A stretch of DNA of 64,000 nucleotides from Clostridia bacterium (GTDB lineage: Bacteria > Bacillota > Clostridia > Christensenellales > CAG-138). Below are positions 26,028 to 35,215 of the stretch, piece after piece. The notes beneath the pieces were generated by a model that worked only from the letters and a program-made list of their open reading frames with translations, was not told the DNA's origin and searched no databases. A program made the translations under genes and the position numbers. The DNA lies in contig DAOPJM010000003.1 in assembly GCA_035399665.1 (NCBI GenBank), positions 16,074-80,073 on the forward strand, in the 5' to 3' direction. Numbering within the stretch: the stretch's first letter is position 1; the number at the start of each line of letters is the position of its first letter.

Positions 26028-28355
26028 ATGAAGGACCGTGCCTATCGGAAAATCTTTACTCGCTTATCGGCAAGGCGCCCCATTCGGCGTCTTGTTTTGT
26101 TCTTGTCGTTCTTTATCCTTGCGCCCGTTATCGCGCTTGCCGTTATCATAATCTCGCGTGACGCATGGCATACCCTGGACGTATCGAAAATAGTGGATAC
26201 AGAGCAGACTTTGATAGTTTACGACGCGGATGGCAATGTTGCTTCCTACCTGTATGGTTCTGAGAACCGCGTTGACGTATCAATTGAGCTGCTGCCCGAA
26301 TATGTGAAGAACGCCTTCATAGCGGCGGAGGACGCAAGGTTTTACAGCCATTCGGGTTTCGATATAATCCGAATCTTTGGCGCGGCATGGAGCGACATAA
26401 AAGCACAGTCCTATGTCGAGGGGGCGTCAACCATAACGCAGCAGCTTATAAAGCTCACTCATCTTACCAATGAAAAGGTGATGTCTCGAAAGCTTGACGA
26501 GGCTATCTTAGCATGGCAGCTTGAGCTGTTGTACAGCAAGGACGAAATACTTGAGATGTACCTAAACTACGTCTACTTCGGCAACGGCTGTTACGGTATT
26601 GAGGCGGCCGCTCTCAAGTATTTCGGGGTTCACTCCTATGAGCTTGACCTTTCGCAAAGCGCTTTGCTTGCGGGTGTGCTTAAATCGCCGGCAAGGTTTT
26701 CCCCGCATCTGAGGCCCGACGCCTCCATTGGGAGACGCGGGGTTATCTTGGATTTGATGGTCGAATACGAGATGATAGGCCGTCAGGAAGCCAATAACGC
26801 GAAAGCCGAACCGCTTGTCCTTTCGCAGCATCCCGCGATAAATGCGCGTGGTTACTACATAGACTATGCCCTTAGTGTTTCATGCGAATATTTGGATTGC
26901 AGCATGACGGAGCTTTTGACAGGCGGATATGAAATACAGACCGTTATGGATTCGAACATGCAGAACCTTTGCACGGCTCTTTTTGAAAGCGACGAATTCT
27001 TCCCCTATTATGAAACCGAATCGGCTCAGGGCGCGATAGTAGTTATCAACTCCGGGGACGGCTCCGTGACCGCCATGCTTGGCGGACGAAACGATGATAC
27101 CGCGCTTGCCTACAATCGAGCCGTGAGGATACGCCGCCAACCCGGTTCGTCAATTAAGCCCATACTGGTATATGCCCCCGCTCTTGAAGCGGGCTATACG
27201 GCGGCGTCCGTTTTGCTTGATGAACGTATCAGCTTCGACGATTATACGCCGCGCAACGCAAACGGGCGCTATTCAGGCTGGGTGACCATGCGCGAAGCCG
27301 TTACAAGATCGCTGAATATTCCTGCCGTATCCTTGTTTTGCGAGCTTGGCATAGAACGCTGTAAGAGCTTTGCGCGATCCGTTGGAATTGAGTTCGACGA
27401 CTTGGACACTCGTCCCGCCTTGGCTCTTGGCGGCTTTACCTACGGCGTTTCACTCTATCAGCTTGCCGGCGCATACGCAGCCATTTCCAACAGCGGGGTG
27501 TACAACGAACCTTACGCTGTTACCGAGATTATCGGTAAGGAAGGTGAAAGCTTATACAAGCACCAAGCCAACGCTCAAAGAGTGATGAGTATGGGCAACG
27601 CTTTCATACTCACAAGTATGCTGCAAAGCGTGGCGATAGAGGGGACGGCTAAGCGCTTGGGCGAGCTTGGCATTGACATAGCCGCAAAGACCGGTACTGT
27701 CGGTGACGATTACGGCAACCGCGATGTTTGGCTTGCGGCATACAATGCCGATTACTCCTGCGTGGTATGGATGGGCTTCGACGACAGCAGCGACGGCAAA
27801 ACCCTCCCTGCCTCCGTAGGCGGCGGCAGCTATCCCGCAGAGCTGATGTACAACCTATTCAGTCAGATATATCAAAGGTCGCAGGCTCCGCGCTTTATAA
27901 CGCCATCTTCTGTTACCTATGTTCGGCTCGACGCCTTCACCTTACGCAACTCGCATATCGCGGTTCTTGCCAACAGCCTTACCCCTACTGACGAGGTTAT
28001 GGGCGAATACTTCCTGCGCGGCAGTGAGCCTATGACCTCAGGGGATTACTGGACAACCCCTATTCCTCCCAGCGACCTTGCCGTAGACCTTCAGGACGAA
28101 TATGTTCGGATTAGTTTTACTCCTTTGAGTGCGGATGTGATTTACCGCGTTTATCGAACCGACAGCTCAGGCTATACGGTACTTGTCGCGTCAATAGCAA
28201 ACTCGGCTATAACTCAAACCATCATTGACGACGCCTCAGAGCTTTTGGGAAGCTATGAGTACTACGTCATACCTGTGCATCCTTCACTGAAAATTGACGG
28301 CAGGGAGCTTACCGGAACATCCTCGGTTCATGTTTCCGTTTGGGTTTATCCTTGA
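26028..28355 (+). CDS. class A penicillin-binding protein (PBP1A family)
   Basis: GT51 motifs are EDARFYSHSGFD and STITQQL. Transpeptidase motifs are SSIK, SLN and KTGT. Confidence 0.92.
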   Translation: MKDRAYRKIFTRLSARRPIRRLVLFLSFFILAPVIALAVIIISRDAWHTLDVSKIVDTEQTLIVYDADGNVASYLYGSENRVDVSIELLPEYVKNAFIAAEDARFYSHSGFDIIRIFGAAWSDIKAQSYVEGASTITQQLIKLTHLTNEKVMSRKLDEAILAWQLELLYSKDEILEMYLNYVYFGNGCYGIEAAALKYFGVHSYELDLSQSALLAGVLKSPARFSPHLRPDASIGRRGVILDLMVEYEMIGRQEANNAKAEPLVLSQHPAINARGYYIDYALSVSCEYLDCSMTELLTGGYEIQTVMDSNMQNLCTALFESDEFFPYYETESAQGAIVVINSGDGSVTAMLGGRNDDTALAYNRAVRIRRQPGSSIKPILVYAPALEAGYTAASVLLDERISFDDYTPRNANGRYSGWVTMREAVTRSLNIPAVSLFCELGIERCKSFARSVGIEFDDLDTRPALALGGFTYGVSLYQLAGAYAAISNSGVYNEPYAVTEIIGKEGESLYKHQANAQRVMSMGNAFILTSMLQSVAIEGTAKRLGELGIDIAAKTGTVGDDYGNRDVWLAAYNADYSCVVWMGFDDSSDGKTLPASVGGGSYPAELMYNLFSQIYQRSQAPRFITPSSVTYVRLDAFTLRNSHIAVLANSLTPTDEVMGEYFLRGSEPMTSGDYWTTPIPPSDLAVDLQDEYVRISFTPLSADVIYRVYRTDSSGYTVLVASIANSAITQTIIDDASELLGSYEYYVIPVHPSLKIDGRELTGTSSVHVSVWVYP

Positions 28356-28411
28356 CTCTTGTACCGTAATATACATTTCTCTCTTGATTACTCCTAACAA
28401 ATTCAAACTGT

Positions 28412-28428
28412 TGTAAAGAGATTTTACA
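28412..28428. promoter_or_regulatory. inverted repeat, candidate GntR operator
   Basis: TGTAAA-N5-TTTACA lies just upstream of the putative TTGACA (28446-28451) / TAGAAT promoter of the GntR gene. Confidence 0.25.
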
Positions 28429-28514
28429 CACTTCAAACAAAACTATTGACAAAAAGACAGTTTGTGATTTAGAATATATGATAGAAAATATCTAAAGGAG
28501 AGGATTGATGTCGT

Positions 28515-29180
28515 ATGGATTATAAAGAGCTTGCCAATTTGGTGGGGCCTCGTGTCGGAGCTACGCAAGAGTGGGTCTACCACGTCCTGAGGAAGGGTAT
28601 CATTGACGGCATACTGCCGGGCGGAATGCAGCTCAAGCAAGATGAGATCTCCGCGGCGCTTAATGTCAGCCATATCCCCGTTCGCGAATCTCTGAGGCAA
28701 TTGGAAGCGCAGGGGTTGGTTCGTATTCAACCCAACAGGGGCGCGTCCGTTACCCAGCTTTCCCGTGAGATGGTGATAGACATGATGGAGATTCGTGCCT
28801 ACATCTCCGCGAACATTCTCAAGACAGCGATACCGCTCATGACAGAAGATGACTTCGCTCAAGTTGCCGAGCTTATAGACCGCGAACGCAATGAGCGCGA
28901 CCTCTTTGTAGTCGAACAGATTAACTACGACTTCCACGACCTCCTTCTCAAAAAAGCCGGCAATGTCGTTGCAGATCTCATCATGGAGATAATTCACGCC
29001 AACATTGACCGTTACCTGCGCAGCTCCTTCTACTCCTCAGACGAAACTCGCCAGATTTCCATCGACGAGCATGAAGCTATCCTTGCCGCCTGCAAAGCAA
29101 GGGATGTGGACACGGCCTCGCGCCTGCTGAGCGATCACATCCTCGACGCGGTAAAGTACCTGCCCTCCACACTCCAGTAA
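28515..29180 (+). CDS. GntR-family regulator with an FCD ligand domain
   Basis: The wHTH region reads LKQDEISAALNVSHIPVRESLRQLEAQGLVRIQPNRGA, followed by a helical FCD-like C-terminus. Confidence 0.85.
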   Translation: MDYKELANLVGPRVGATQEWVYHVLRKGIIDGILPGGMQLKQDEISAALNVSHIPVRESLRQLEAQGLVRIQPNRGASVTQLSREMVIDMMEIRAYISANILKTAIPLMTEDDFAQVAELIDRERNERDLFVVEQINYDFHDLLLKKAGNVVADLIMEIIHANIDRYLRSSFYSSDETRQISIDEHEAILAACKARDVDTASRLLSDHILDAVKYLPSTLQ

Positions 29181-29200
29181 GCCTTCAATATCGCTGATTC

Positions 29201-29239
29201 GAACCCGATTGTCCGCCTCGGACTTTCGGGTTCTTTGTT
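29201..29239 (+). terminator. intrinsic terminator after the GntR gene
   Basis: GAACCCGA..GTCCG-CCT-CGGAC..TCGGGTTC followed by TTTGTT. Confidence 0.6.
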
Positions 29240-29371
29240 GTAAGGCGTCGAATGCTCTCGATTCAACTTGTGTGTTATTTGTAACATTATTATAAAATCC
29301 TTGCCGCAACTTGTGACAAAGTTCATTTCGCATAGTAGAATGAAGCCATCAGAAAAGACTTGGAGAATAAT

Positions 29372-30946
29372 ATGCGTCTAACGAAAACCCAACGTAACAT
29401 CCTGCTCTACTGCGGAATTGGCGGCGTGGTGCTCATAGCGGCGATCATTATATGGATTGCCGCCCTCCCCAACCCCGCCGACCCTAACGCGGATGTTGCG
29501 GAAACCCCCACAACCGACCCTGTTCTTATCGACGTCGGCACACCCGAACCCGATTATGAAGCCATACAGCACGCAGAAGAGCTGTCTGCAATTCTTTCAC
29601 GCGCAACGATGCTTGAAGGCGTTTCCATAAACGACATTGACGTTAGCGGAATGACGCTTGAGGAAGCTCGTGAAGCTGTAACCCCCGCCGTTGACAGCGC
29701 CGCACAGGATTATCTGCTTTTGATACAGCAGGGTGAGACTACATACCAAATGAAAGGCATCGACGTAGTATTCACCAACAACCTTGAGGATGTTTTGACT
29801 GAGGCGTTCGGTCTTGCCCGTACGGATCTTGGCTATGACGAGGTGATGAAGCTGGTCACCGACATAAAAACCAACGGCGTACAATACAACGTAACGCTGT
29901 CCCTTGATGAGGCTTCCGTCGCCGCCTTTGCAAGCGAGCTAAAGACTCTTATCAGCGTACCCGCAACTGACGCGGGTATGACCGTTGACAAAGAGAACTT
30001 CGCCATAGTTTATACGGATGAAGTCTCCGGCCTTGAGCTGGACGATGTAAAGCTTACCTCCGACATTCTTGCGGCCTATGAGAGCAAGGCTTCAAGCGTT
30101 GAAGCGACTATGAATGAAGTAGCCGCAACGTTGACACGCGAGGAGATTGAGTCGCAGTATGTGCTTAGGGCTTCCTTCAAAACCAAGGTAAGCGGAACAA
30201 GCAACCGTAAATACAACGTCGGCTTCGGCGCGGACAAAATCAACGGAACCGTCTTGGCTCCCAACGAGGTTTTCTCCGCAAACGACGTTCTTGGTGTTCG
30301 CAGCATTGCCAACGGTTGGAAGAGCGCGGGCGCATATGTCGCGGGCAAGCATGAGGATCAGCCCGGCGGCGGCGTCTGCCAGCTTTCAAGCACGCTTTAT
30401 AACTGCGCGGTTCTTGCCGATTTGGAGATAGTCGAGCGCAGCAACCACTCCATGCCCGTGGGCTATGTCGATCGCGGCAGAGATGCTACCATCAATTCTG
30501 TCGGCAATATCATCGACATGAAGTTCAAGAACAACACCGAGGGCAACATAATTGTCATCGGTTTCTACACGGGCAACTATCTCACCTTTGAGATTTACGG
30601 CCTGCCTTTTGCCAATGACGAGTATGATTCCATCGGCATTCGCACAAAGAAGATCAGCACTACCAAGATTACTACCGAATATATCGATGATCCCTCACAG
30701 CCTGAGGGCTACGAAAAGGAAGAGTACGAGGGCAACACGGGCTATGTCTATGAGTCCTACAAGCAGTATCTCAAGAATGGCGTCGTCGTTCGGGAGGAGT
30801 TCTTGGCGACCTCTACTTATAGGATGTACCCACGGGAGGTTATTCGCGGAACCGGCGCTGTGGCCGCCACACCCGTCACGACGCCTTCGACCGATCCCAC
30901 CGCCGCTCCGGATCCCACCGAGGAGCCGTTCGTTCCGGAGCCTTAA
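29372..30946 (+). CDS. VanW-family membrane-anchored protein with a G5-like C-terminus
   Basis: ATG 29372 lies 6 nt after GGAG. An N-terminal TM helix is present. The VanW core reads GGGVCQLSSTLYNCAV...ERSNHSMPVGYVDRGRDATI. Confidence 0.85.
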   Translation: MRLTKTQRNILLYCGIGGVVLIAAIIIWIAALPNPADPNADVAETPTTDPVLIDVGTPEPDYEAIQHAEELSAILSRATMLEGVSINDIDVSGMTLEEAREAVTPAVDSAAQDYLLLIQQGETTYQMKGIDVVFTNNLEDVLTEAFGLARTDLGYDEVMKLVTDIKTNGVQYNVTLSLDEASVAAFASELKTLISVPATDAGMTVDKENFAIVYTDEVSGLELDDVKLTSDILAAYESKASSVEATMNEVAATLTREEIESQYVLRASFKTKVSGTSNRKYNVGFGADKINGTVLAPNEVFSANDVLGVRSIANGWKSAGAYVAGKHEDQPGGGVCQLSSTLYNCAVLADLEIVERSNHSMPVGYVDRGRDATINSVGNIIDMKFKNNTEGNIIVIGFYTGNYLTFEIYGLPFANDEYDSIGIRTKKISTTKITTEYIDDPSQPEGYEKEEYEGNTGYVYESYKQYLKNGVVVREEFLATSTYRMYPREVIRGTGAVAATPVTTPSTDPTAAPDPTEEPFVPEP

Positions 30947-30982
30947 GCCTTCGATTAGTCTATAAATTCATTATTCAACTTC

Positions 30983-31015
30983 AAATGCCGTTCCCGCTTG
31001 GAACGGTATTTGTTT
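30983..31015 (+). terminator. intrinsic terminator after VanW
   Basis: A 12-bp stem AAATGCCGTTCC/GGAACGGTATTT is followed by a T-rich tail. Confidence 0.65.
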
Positions 31016-31047
31016 ATACGGTAAGTCTTTGGGATATACTATATTTC

Positions 31048-32628
31048 ATGAACAGGAAGGATATCCTAAATGACATACTGAGGTTTGACAAGCCTTATGA
31101 CTGCTTTGAGCTGCTTGAAACAGAGAGCGGCGACGAAACCAGCTTTTGCGGCGCGGAAAGGGAAAGGCGCAAGGAAGAAGCGCCGCAAGCCGAAAAGCTT
31201 TACCGCAGCTTGAACCGCAACAAATCGTGGCTCAAAAAGGAGTTCCATACCGATACTAACACCGATATTATCCTCCGCGAATTTGACATAGGCAAACGCT
31301 CTGCGCTCGCCGTATTCGTCAATGGTATGGCGGATGAAAATCAAATCAGTGATTTCATCCTCCGCCCCTCGCTTCAAATTGACGAGTTGAACGGATGCGC
31401 CGACATTCTCATACGCAAGGTATTGCCTATGCAGGAGGTCGAGGCAACAAACGAACGCAGTAAGGTTAAGACCGCCATATGTGAGGGCCGAACCGCGTTA
31501 TTTGTCGATGGATGCGCTGACGTCGCGCTCATGGACACGCGCGGCTTTGCTTCGCGCACCATCGGCACGACCCAGAACGAAACAGTCGTTATAGGCCCCA
31601 ACGAAGCGTTTACCGAAAACCTGAGAACGAATGTAACTCAAATGCGCCGTATAATCAAGAAGCCTGAGTTCATCTGCAAGTTCCAGGATGCGGGCGCATC
31701 CAACCATATAAGACTTGCGCTTTGCTATATCGAGGGGCTTACCAATCGTTCGCTTCTCCGTGAGGTACAGCGCAGGCTGTCGAATATCAGTACTGATGTA
31801 ATACTGGACGCGGGAAGCATTAAGCAGCTTATCGAAACCCATCCTTTTGCGCCAATTTCGCAGAGTATGTCCACCGAAAGGCCCGACCGAGCTGCAATGG
31901 CCGTAATGCAGGGCAAGGTTGTGCTGCTCTTGGAGGGCAGCCCGCAGGCGCTTGTCATGCCCGTCACTCTCTTTGAGCTTATGGCTTCCGCCGAGGACGC
32001 GTATCAGCGTCAGCCTATCGGCAGCCTTGTCAAGCTTGTGCGGTACTTCGGCGCGGCATTATCCGTACTTATGCCCGCGTACTTCTTGGCCGTCGCCATG
32101 CATCATCAAGGGCTGTTGTCAAGCGAGGTTCTAAACACCGTCATCGCCTCCCGCGAGATGGTGTTCCTTCCCATGCCCGTTGAGATGGTGTTCCTGCTAA
32201 TCGTGTTTCAGCTTGTTAGGGAGGCGGGCGTCCGAGTTCCGGGCGCTGCCGGTCAAACCGTAGGCATAATTGGCGGTCTCATACTCGGTCAAGCCGCTGT
32301 CGCGGCCAACATCGTATCCACTGTGGTATTGATAATAGTTGCGTTGACGGGTCTTGGCAATTACACCATACCCAACTATGAATTGCAGCTCTCAGTCGCA
32401 TACTTCAGGATTATACTCTGTATCCTCGCATCGTTGAGCGGTCTGTTGGGTTTCTTCTCAGGCATTCTTATAGCCATCGCGCTGCTGTGCTCCATGAAAT
32501 CATTTGGCGTGCCAATGCTAAGTCCGCTTTCACCCGCGACAAAGCGGCGGCACGGGTTGGTTCTCCGCCGCAAGCTTAGGCAGCATTCACAGCCGATAGA
32601 CTACTCCAACAGTGAGGGACAAGTATGA
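31048..32628 (+). CDS. spore germination protein, GerA-family A subunit
   Basis: VFVNGMADENQISDFILRP and the C-terminal TM bundle are typical of GerAA/KA proteins. The track start 30985 lies inside the terminator hairpin, so M22 was used. Confidence 0.85.
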   Translation: MNRKDILNDILRFDKPYDCFELLETESGDETSFCGAERERRKEEAPQAEKLYRSLNRNKSWLKKEFHTDTNTDIILREFDIGKRSALAVFVNGMADENQISDFILRPSLQIDELNGCADILIRKVLPMQEVEATNERSKVKTAICEGRTALFVDGCADVALMDTRGFASRTIGTTQNETVVIGPNEAFTENLRTNVTQMRRIIKKPEFICKFQDAGASNHIRLALCYIEGLTNRSLLREVQRRLSNISTDVILDAGSIKQLIETHPFAPISQSMSTERPDRAAMAVMQGKVVLLLEGSPQALVMPVTLFELMASAEDAYQRQPIGSLVKLVRYFGAALSVLMPAYFLAVAMHHQGLLSSEVLNTVIASREMVFLPMPVEMVFLLIVFQLVREAGVRVPGAAGQTVGIIGGLILGQAAVAANIVSTVVLIIVALTGLGNYTIPNYELQLSVAYFRIILCILASLSGLLGFFSGILIAIALLCSMKSFGVPMLSPLSPATKRRHGLVLRRKLRQHSQPIDYSNSEGQV

Positions 32629-33740
32629 ACATGATGAGCGGGAGGTTCGGCAAGCAGGAAGCCTGCGCCGCGTGCGTCAACGCAATACTTGCAAGCTGCT
32701 TCTTTGCTGTTGACAGCAGCTCTGCCTATTCAAAGGGAAACGTAATCGTATTGTCAAGTATATTGGCCTTCCTTTTGAGCTTCCTTTTTATCCTTGCCAT
32801 ACAAAGACTGCTTGTAAAGCACGACGTCCAAGACCTCTTTTCATTGATGGATAGAACTCTTGGGCGTTTTGTCTCTGTGATACTATGCCTGTTTTTCGAC
32901 GCGCTGTTTGTATTCATGTCCTCCGCGCCCGTATCAAACGCCCTGCTCTCCTTGAAAGCTTCAATCTATACGGAGAACAATTTCTACGATCTGTTGACCT
33001 ACTTCCTCCCCTGCGTGGCCATACCCATTTTGCTTGGTGCGGAAGCCATAGTCCGTACTTGTCGAGTATTGGTAATCCCCAACATAGTCATCACACTTAT
33101 CGCTGTGATCCTTGCGGGGCAGAGCTATCACATTTACAACCTCTTTCCCGTCCTCGGCGCGGGCGCATCGGAAATAGCCTTTCAAACGCTTATGTCGCTT
33201 TTGCGCATCCTCCCCGCCATCCTTGCCTTGCTTGTACTTGGCGGATCACTTCAGGGTATTAAGAACACCATATACTGCTGTAAGTTCAGCATAATCGTGG
33301 GTGGGCTGTTCGTTGTAATAGGTGAACTCTGCCTCGGCCTCGCCTACAACTACAATCAGCTGAGTAACCTCGCGTTCCCCTTCGTTAACCTTACAACAGC
33401 GGTCAGGTACTCACAGCAGCCCTTGCGCTTCGATCGTGTCGCCATGTTCATATGGCTGCTGTCCACCTTCTTAACCACTGTTTACTACTGCTTTAGCGCT
33501 GCCTTCCTGCTTGTGAAGGGGTTTGGAATACGAGACATTCGCCCAACAGCGCTCATGTGTGCGGGCGCGGCTGTCTCGGTATGCTATCTTATGGCTTCGG
33601 GCAAGAGCCACGACCAAAACGAATTTGAGAGCATCGCAACCTTCGGAGCCTATGCCCTGATTGGCATACTGCTGTTGATAATGCTTGTCGGAGCAATAAC
33701 CCAAAGGAGGAATGAAAAATGCGCAAAAGCCTGCGCTTGA
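32625..33740 (+). CDS. spore germination protein, B subunit (APC-like permease)
   Basis: The protein has about 10 TM helices, overlaps the A subunit by 4 nt, and sits in gerA-type operon order. Confidence 0.8.
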   Translation: MNMMSGRFGKQEACAACVNAILASCFFAVDSSSAYSKGNVIVLSSILAFLLSFLFILAIQRLLVKHDVQDLFSLMDRTLGRFVSVILCLFFDALFVFMSSAPVSNALLSLKASIYTENNFYDLLTYFLPCVAIPILLGAEAIVRTCRVLVIPNIVITLIAVILAGQSYHIYNLFPVLGAGASEIAFQTLMSLLRILPAILALLVLGGSLQGIKNTIYCCKFSIIVGGLFVVIGELCLGLAYNYNQLSNLAFPFVNLTTAVRYSQQPLRFDRVAMFIWLLSTFLTTVYYCFSAAFLLVKGFGIRDIRPTALMCAGAAVSVCYLMASGKSHDQNEFESIATFGAYALIGILLLIMLVGAITQRRNEKCAKACA

Positions 33741-34870
33741 TAGCGGCGATTCTTTTGATTGTCTTGCTTTGTCCTTGCGCCGCGTGCCTTGAGTCGCTGC
33801 CCTTGGATGAGTTCCTTTATGTACTGGATCTGGGCGTCGAGGAGGGTGAAACCTTGACCTACAACTTTGTCTTTATGGTCAGCGTGTCGGTTCGCTCAGG
33901 CGACAGCTCCAATACCTCGGTGCAAATTCTCTCGTCAGAGGGACGAGACCTGTTCGAGGCTGTCGAAGCCCTGTCCGCTGTCGTTCCAAAGAAGATTACC
34001 TTCTCGCGCATGACCCTGCTCGTATTCTCGGAAAACCTCGCAAGGGGCGGTGACATACCTGATATTCTTGACTTCGATGAAGCTCGGCTGAAGATAAGGG
34101 ACAACATCAGGGTACTCATATCTTCGTCACCGATGAAGGAGCTTTTCGAATGCATGATATCCGAAAACGATCCCTCCATGAGCAAGCTCAAATCCAATCT
34201 TGAAAACAACTCGGTATACAGCGGAACGATAGTTGACAGAACCCTTCGTGAAATGCGATTTCATCTCAAGGACAAGATATGCGACGTTTCCGTTGGCTAT
34301 TGCGCGGTTAATGCAAAGACGCCGACAAACGACATGGTAAGCATTGATTCATACCCCTTTGTCGCGGGCGGGCTGCTTGTTGAAGGGTCGATGGGTACAA
34401 GCCTTATCGGGACAGCCGTGTTCAACGGTTCCGCCATGGTCGGTGTGCTTGACGGTCAAAACACCTGCTTTGTCATGATGGTGACTGACGAATTCACTGA
34501 AGGTCGAGTTTGGCTGAAATCTCCCGATGGGGATGATATGTGCGTACTCTTAACCAAGGCACAAAAGCCTCGCGTAAGGGTCAGCGGGTCAATCGCGTAT
34601 GTCGAATGCTTTCTCACGGCTAAAGTTGATACGCCTAAGCTGTCAAATGAAATAGATGAGGAGCAGCTTATTTTGCACATAAGCCGTCAGTTAAAGAGCC
34701 GAGCCGACGCTGTGTTTGACGCACTAAAGGATAAGCGGTCAGACGTCTATTCCTTCGGCGCATGGGCCGTCATGAACTTTTCAGACACAGAGGCATGGGA
34801 GAGCTATGACTGGAAGTCGGTTTACTCCGAATTGCAATGCGAGTTCGTTTTTACTCTTAAGCTTGCCTGA
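33719..34870 (+). CDS. Ger(x)C-family germination lipoprotein
   Basis: The lipobox reads LLCPCAAC. The size and operon position match C subunits. Confidence 0.8.
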   Translation: MRKSLRLIAAILLIVLLCPCAACLESLPLDEFLYVLDLGVEEGETLTYNFVFMVSVSVRSGDSSNTSVQILSSEGRDLFEAVEALSAVVPKKITFSRMTLLVFSENLARGGDIPDILDFDEARLKIRDNIRVLISSSPMKELFECMISENDPSMSKLKSNLENNSVYSGTIVDRTLREMRFHLKDKICDVSVGYCAVNAKTPTNDMVSIDSYPFVAGGLLVEGSMGTSLIGTAVFNGSAMVGVLDGQNTCFVMMVTDEFTEGRVWLKSPDGDDMCVLLTKAQKPRVRVSGSIAYVECFLTAKVDTPKLSNEIDEEQLILHISRQLKSRADAVFDALKDKRSDVYSFGAWAVMNFSDTEAWESYDWKSVYSELQCEFVFTLKLA

Positions 34871-34879
34871 GGAGTTCGT

Positions 34880-35044
34880 ATGATAAATCTCATCCTTAAC
34901 CTTATAGTAATCGTATACGCCTTTAGCTATGTCGTTCATTGCGTCAAACAGAAGCATACAGGCTCCGCCATCGCTGTGGCTCTGTTCATACTGTGCTATG
35001 TGTCGCTCTTTTCGCTCGCTCTTTATTACAGTTTGAACACCTAA
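34880..35044 (+). CDS. unannotated 54-aa two-TM protein, candidate germinant-receptor D-type subunit
   Basis: It is below the ORF-track cutoff. GGAG at 34871-34874 sits 5 nt before ATG 34880. Translation: MINLILNLIVIVYAFSYVVHCVKQKHTGSAIAVALFILCYVSLFSLALYYSLNT*. Confidence 0.55.
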   Translation: MINLILNLIVIVYAFSYVVHCVKQKHTGSAIAVALFILCYVSLFSLALYYSLNT

Positions 35045-35215
35045 CAGAGTTTAGCTCCCCAATATACTTCCAAGTTCAAAGGCAGTGAAAACGCCCGCAT
35101 TCTTTGTTTCATTTTGTTGCAATCTGTCGAACGGTCGTGATATACTGACCTTGTGAACGAGGAGCATATAGAAAACTATCTTGAATCCGAGAACAGGCCG
35201 AGAGAGATTCGGCCC

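Noticed and set aside
30985-31047. The track start codon (30985) for the GerA-family A subunit.
   Set aside because: That start lies inside the stem of the VanW terminator hairpin (30983-31011), so I used the Met at 31048.
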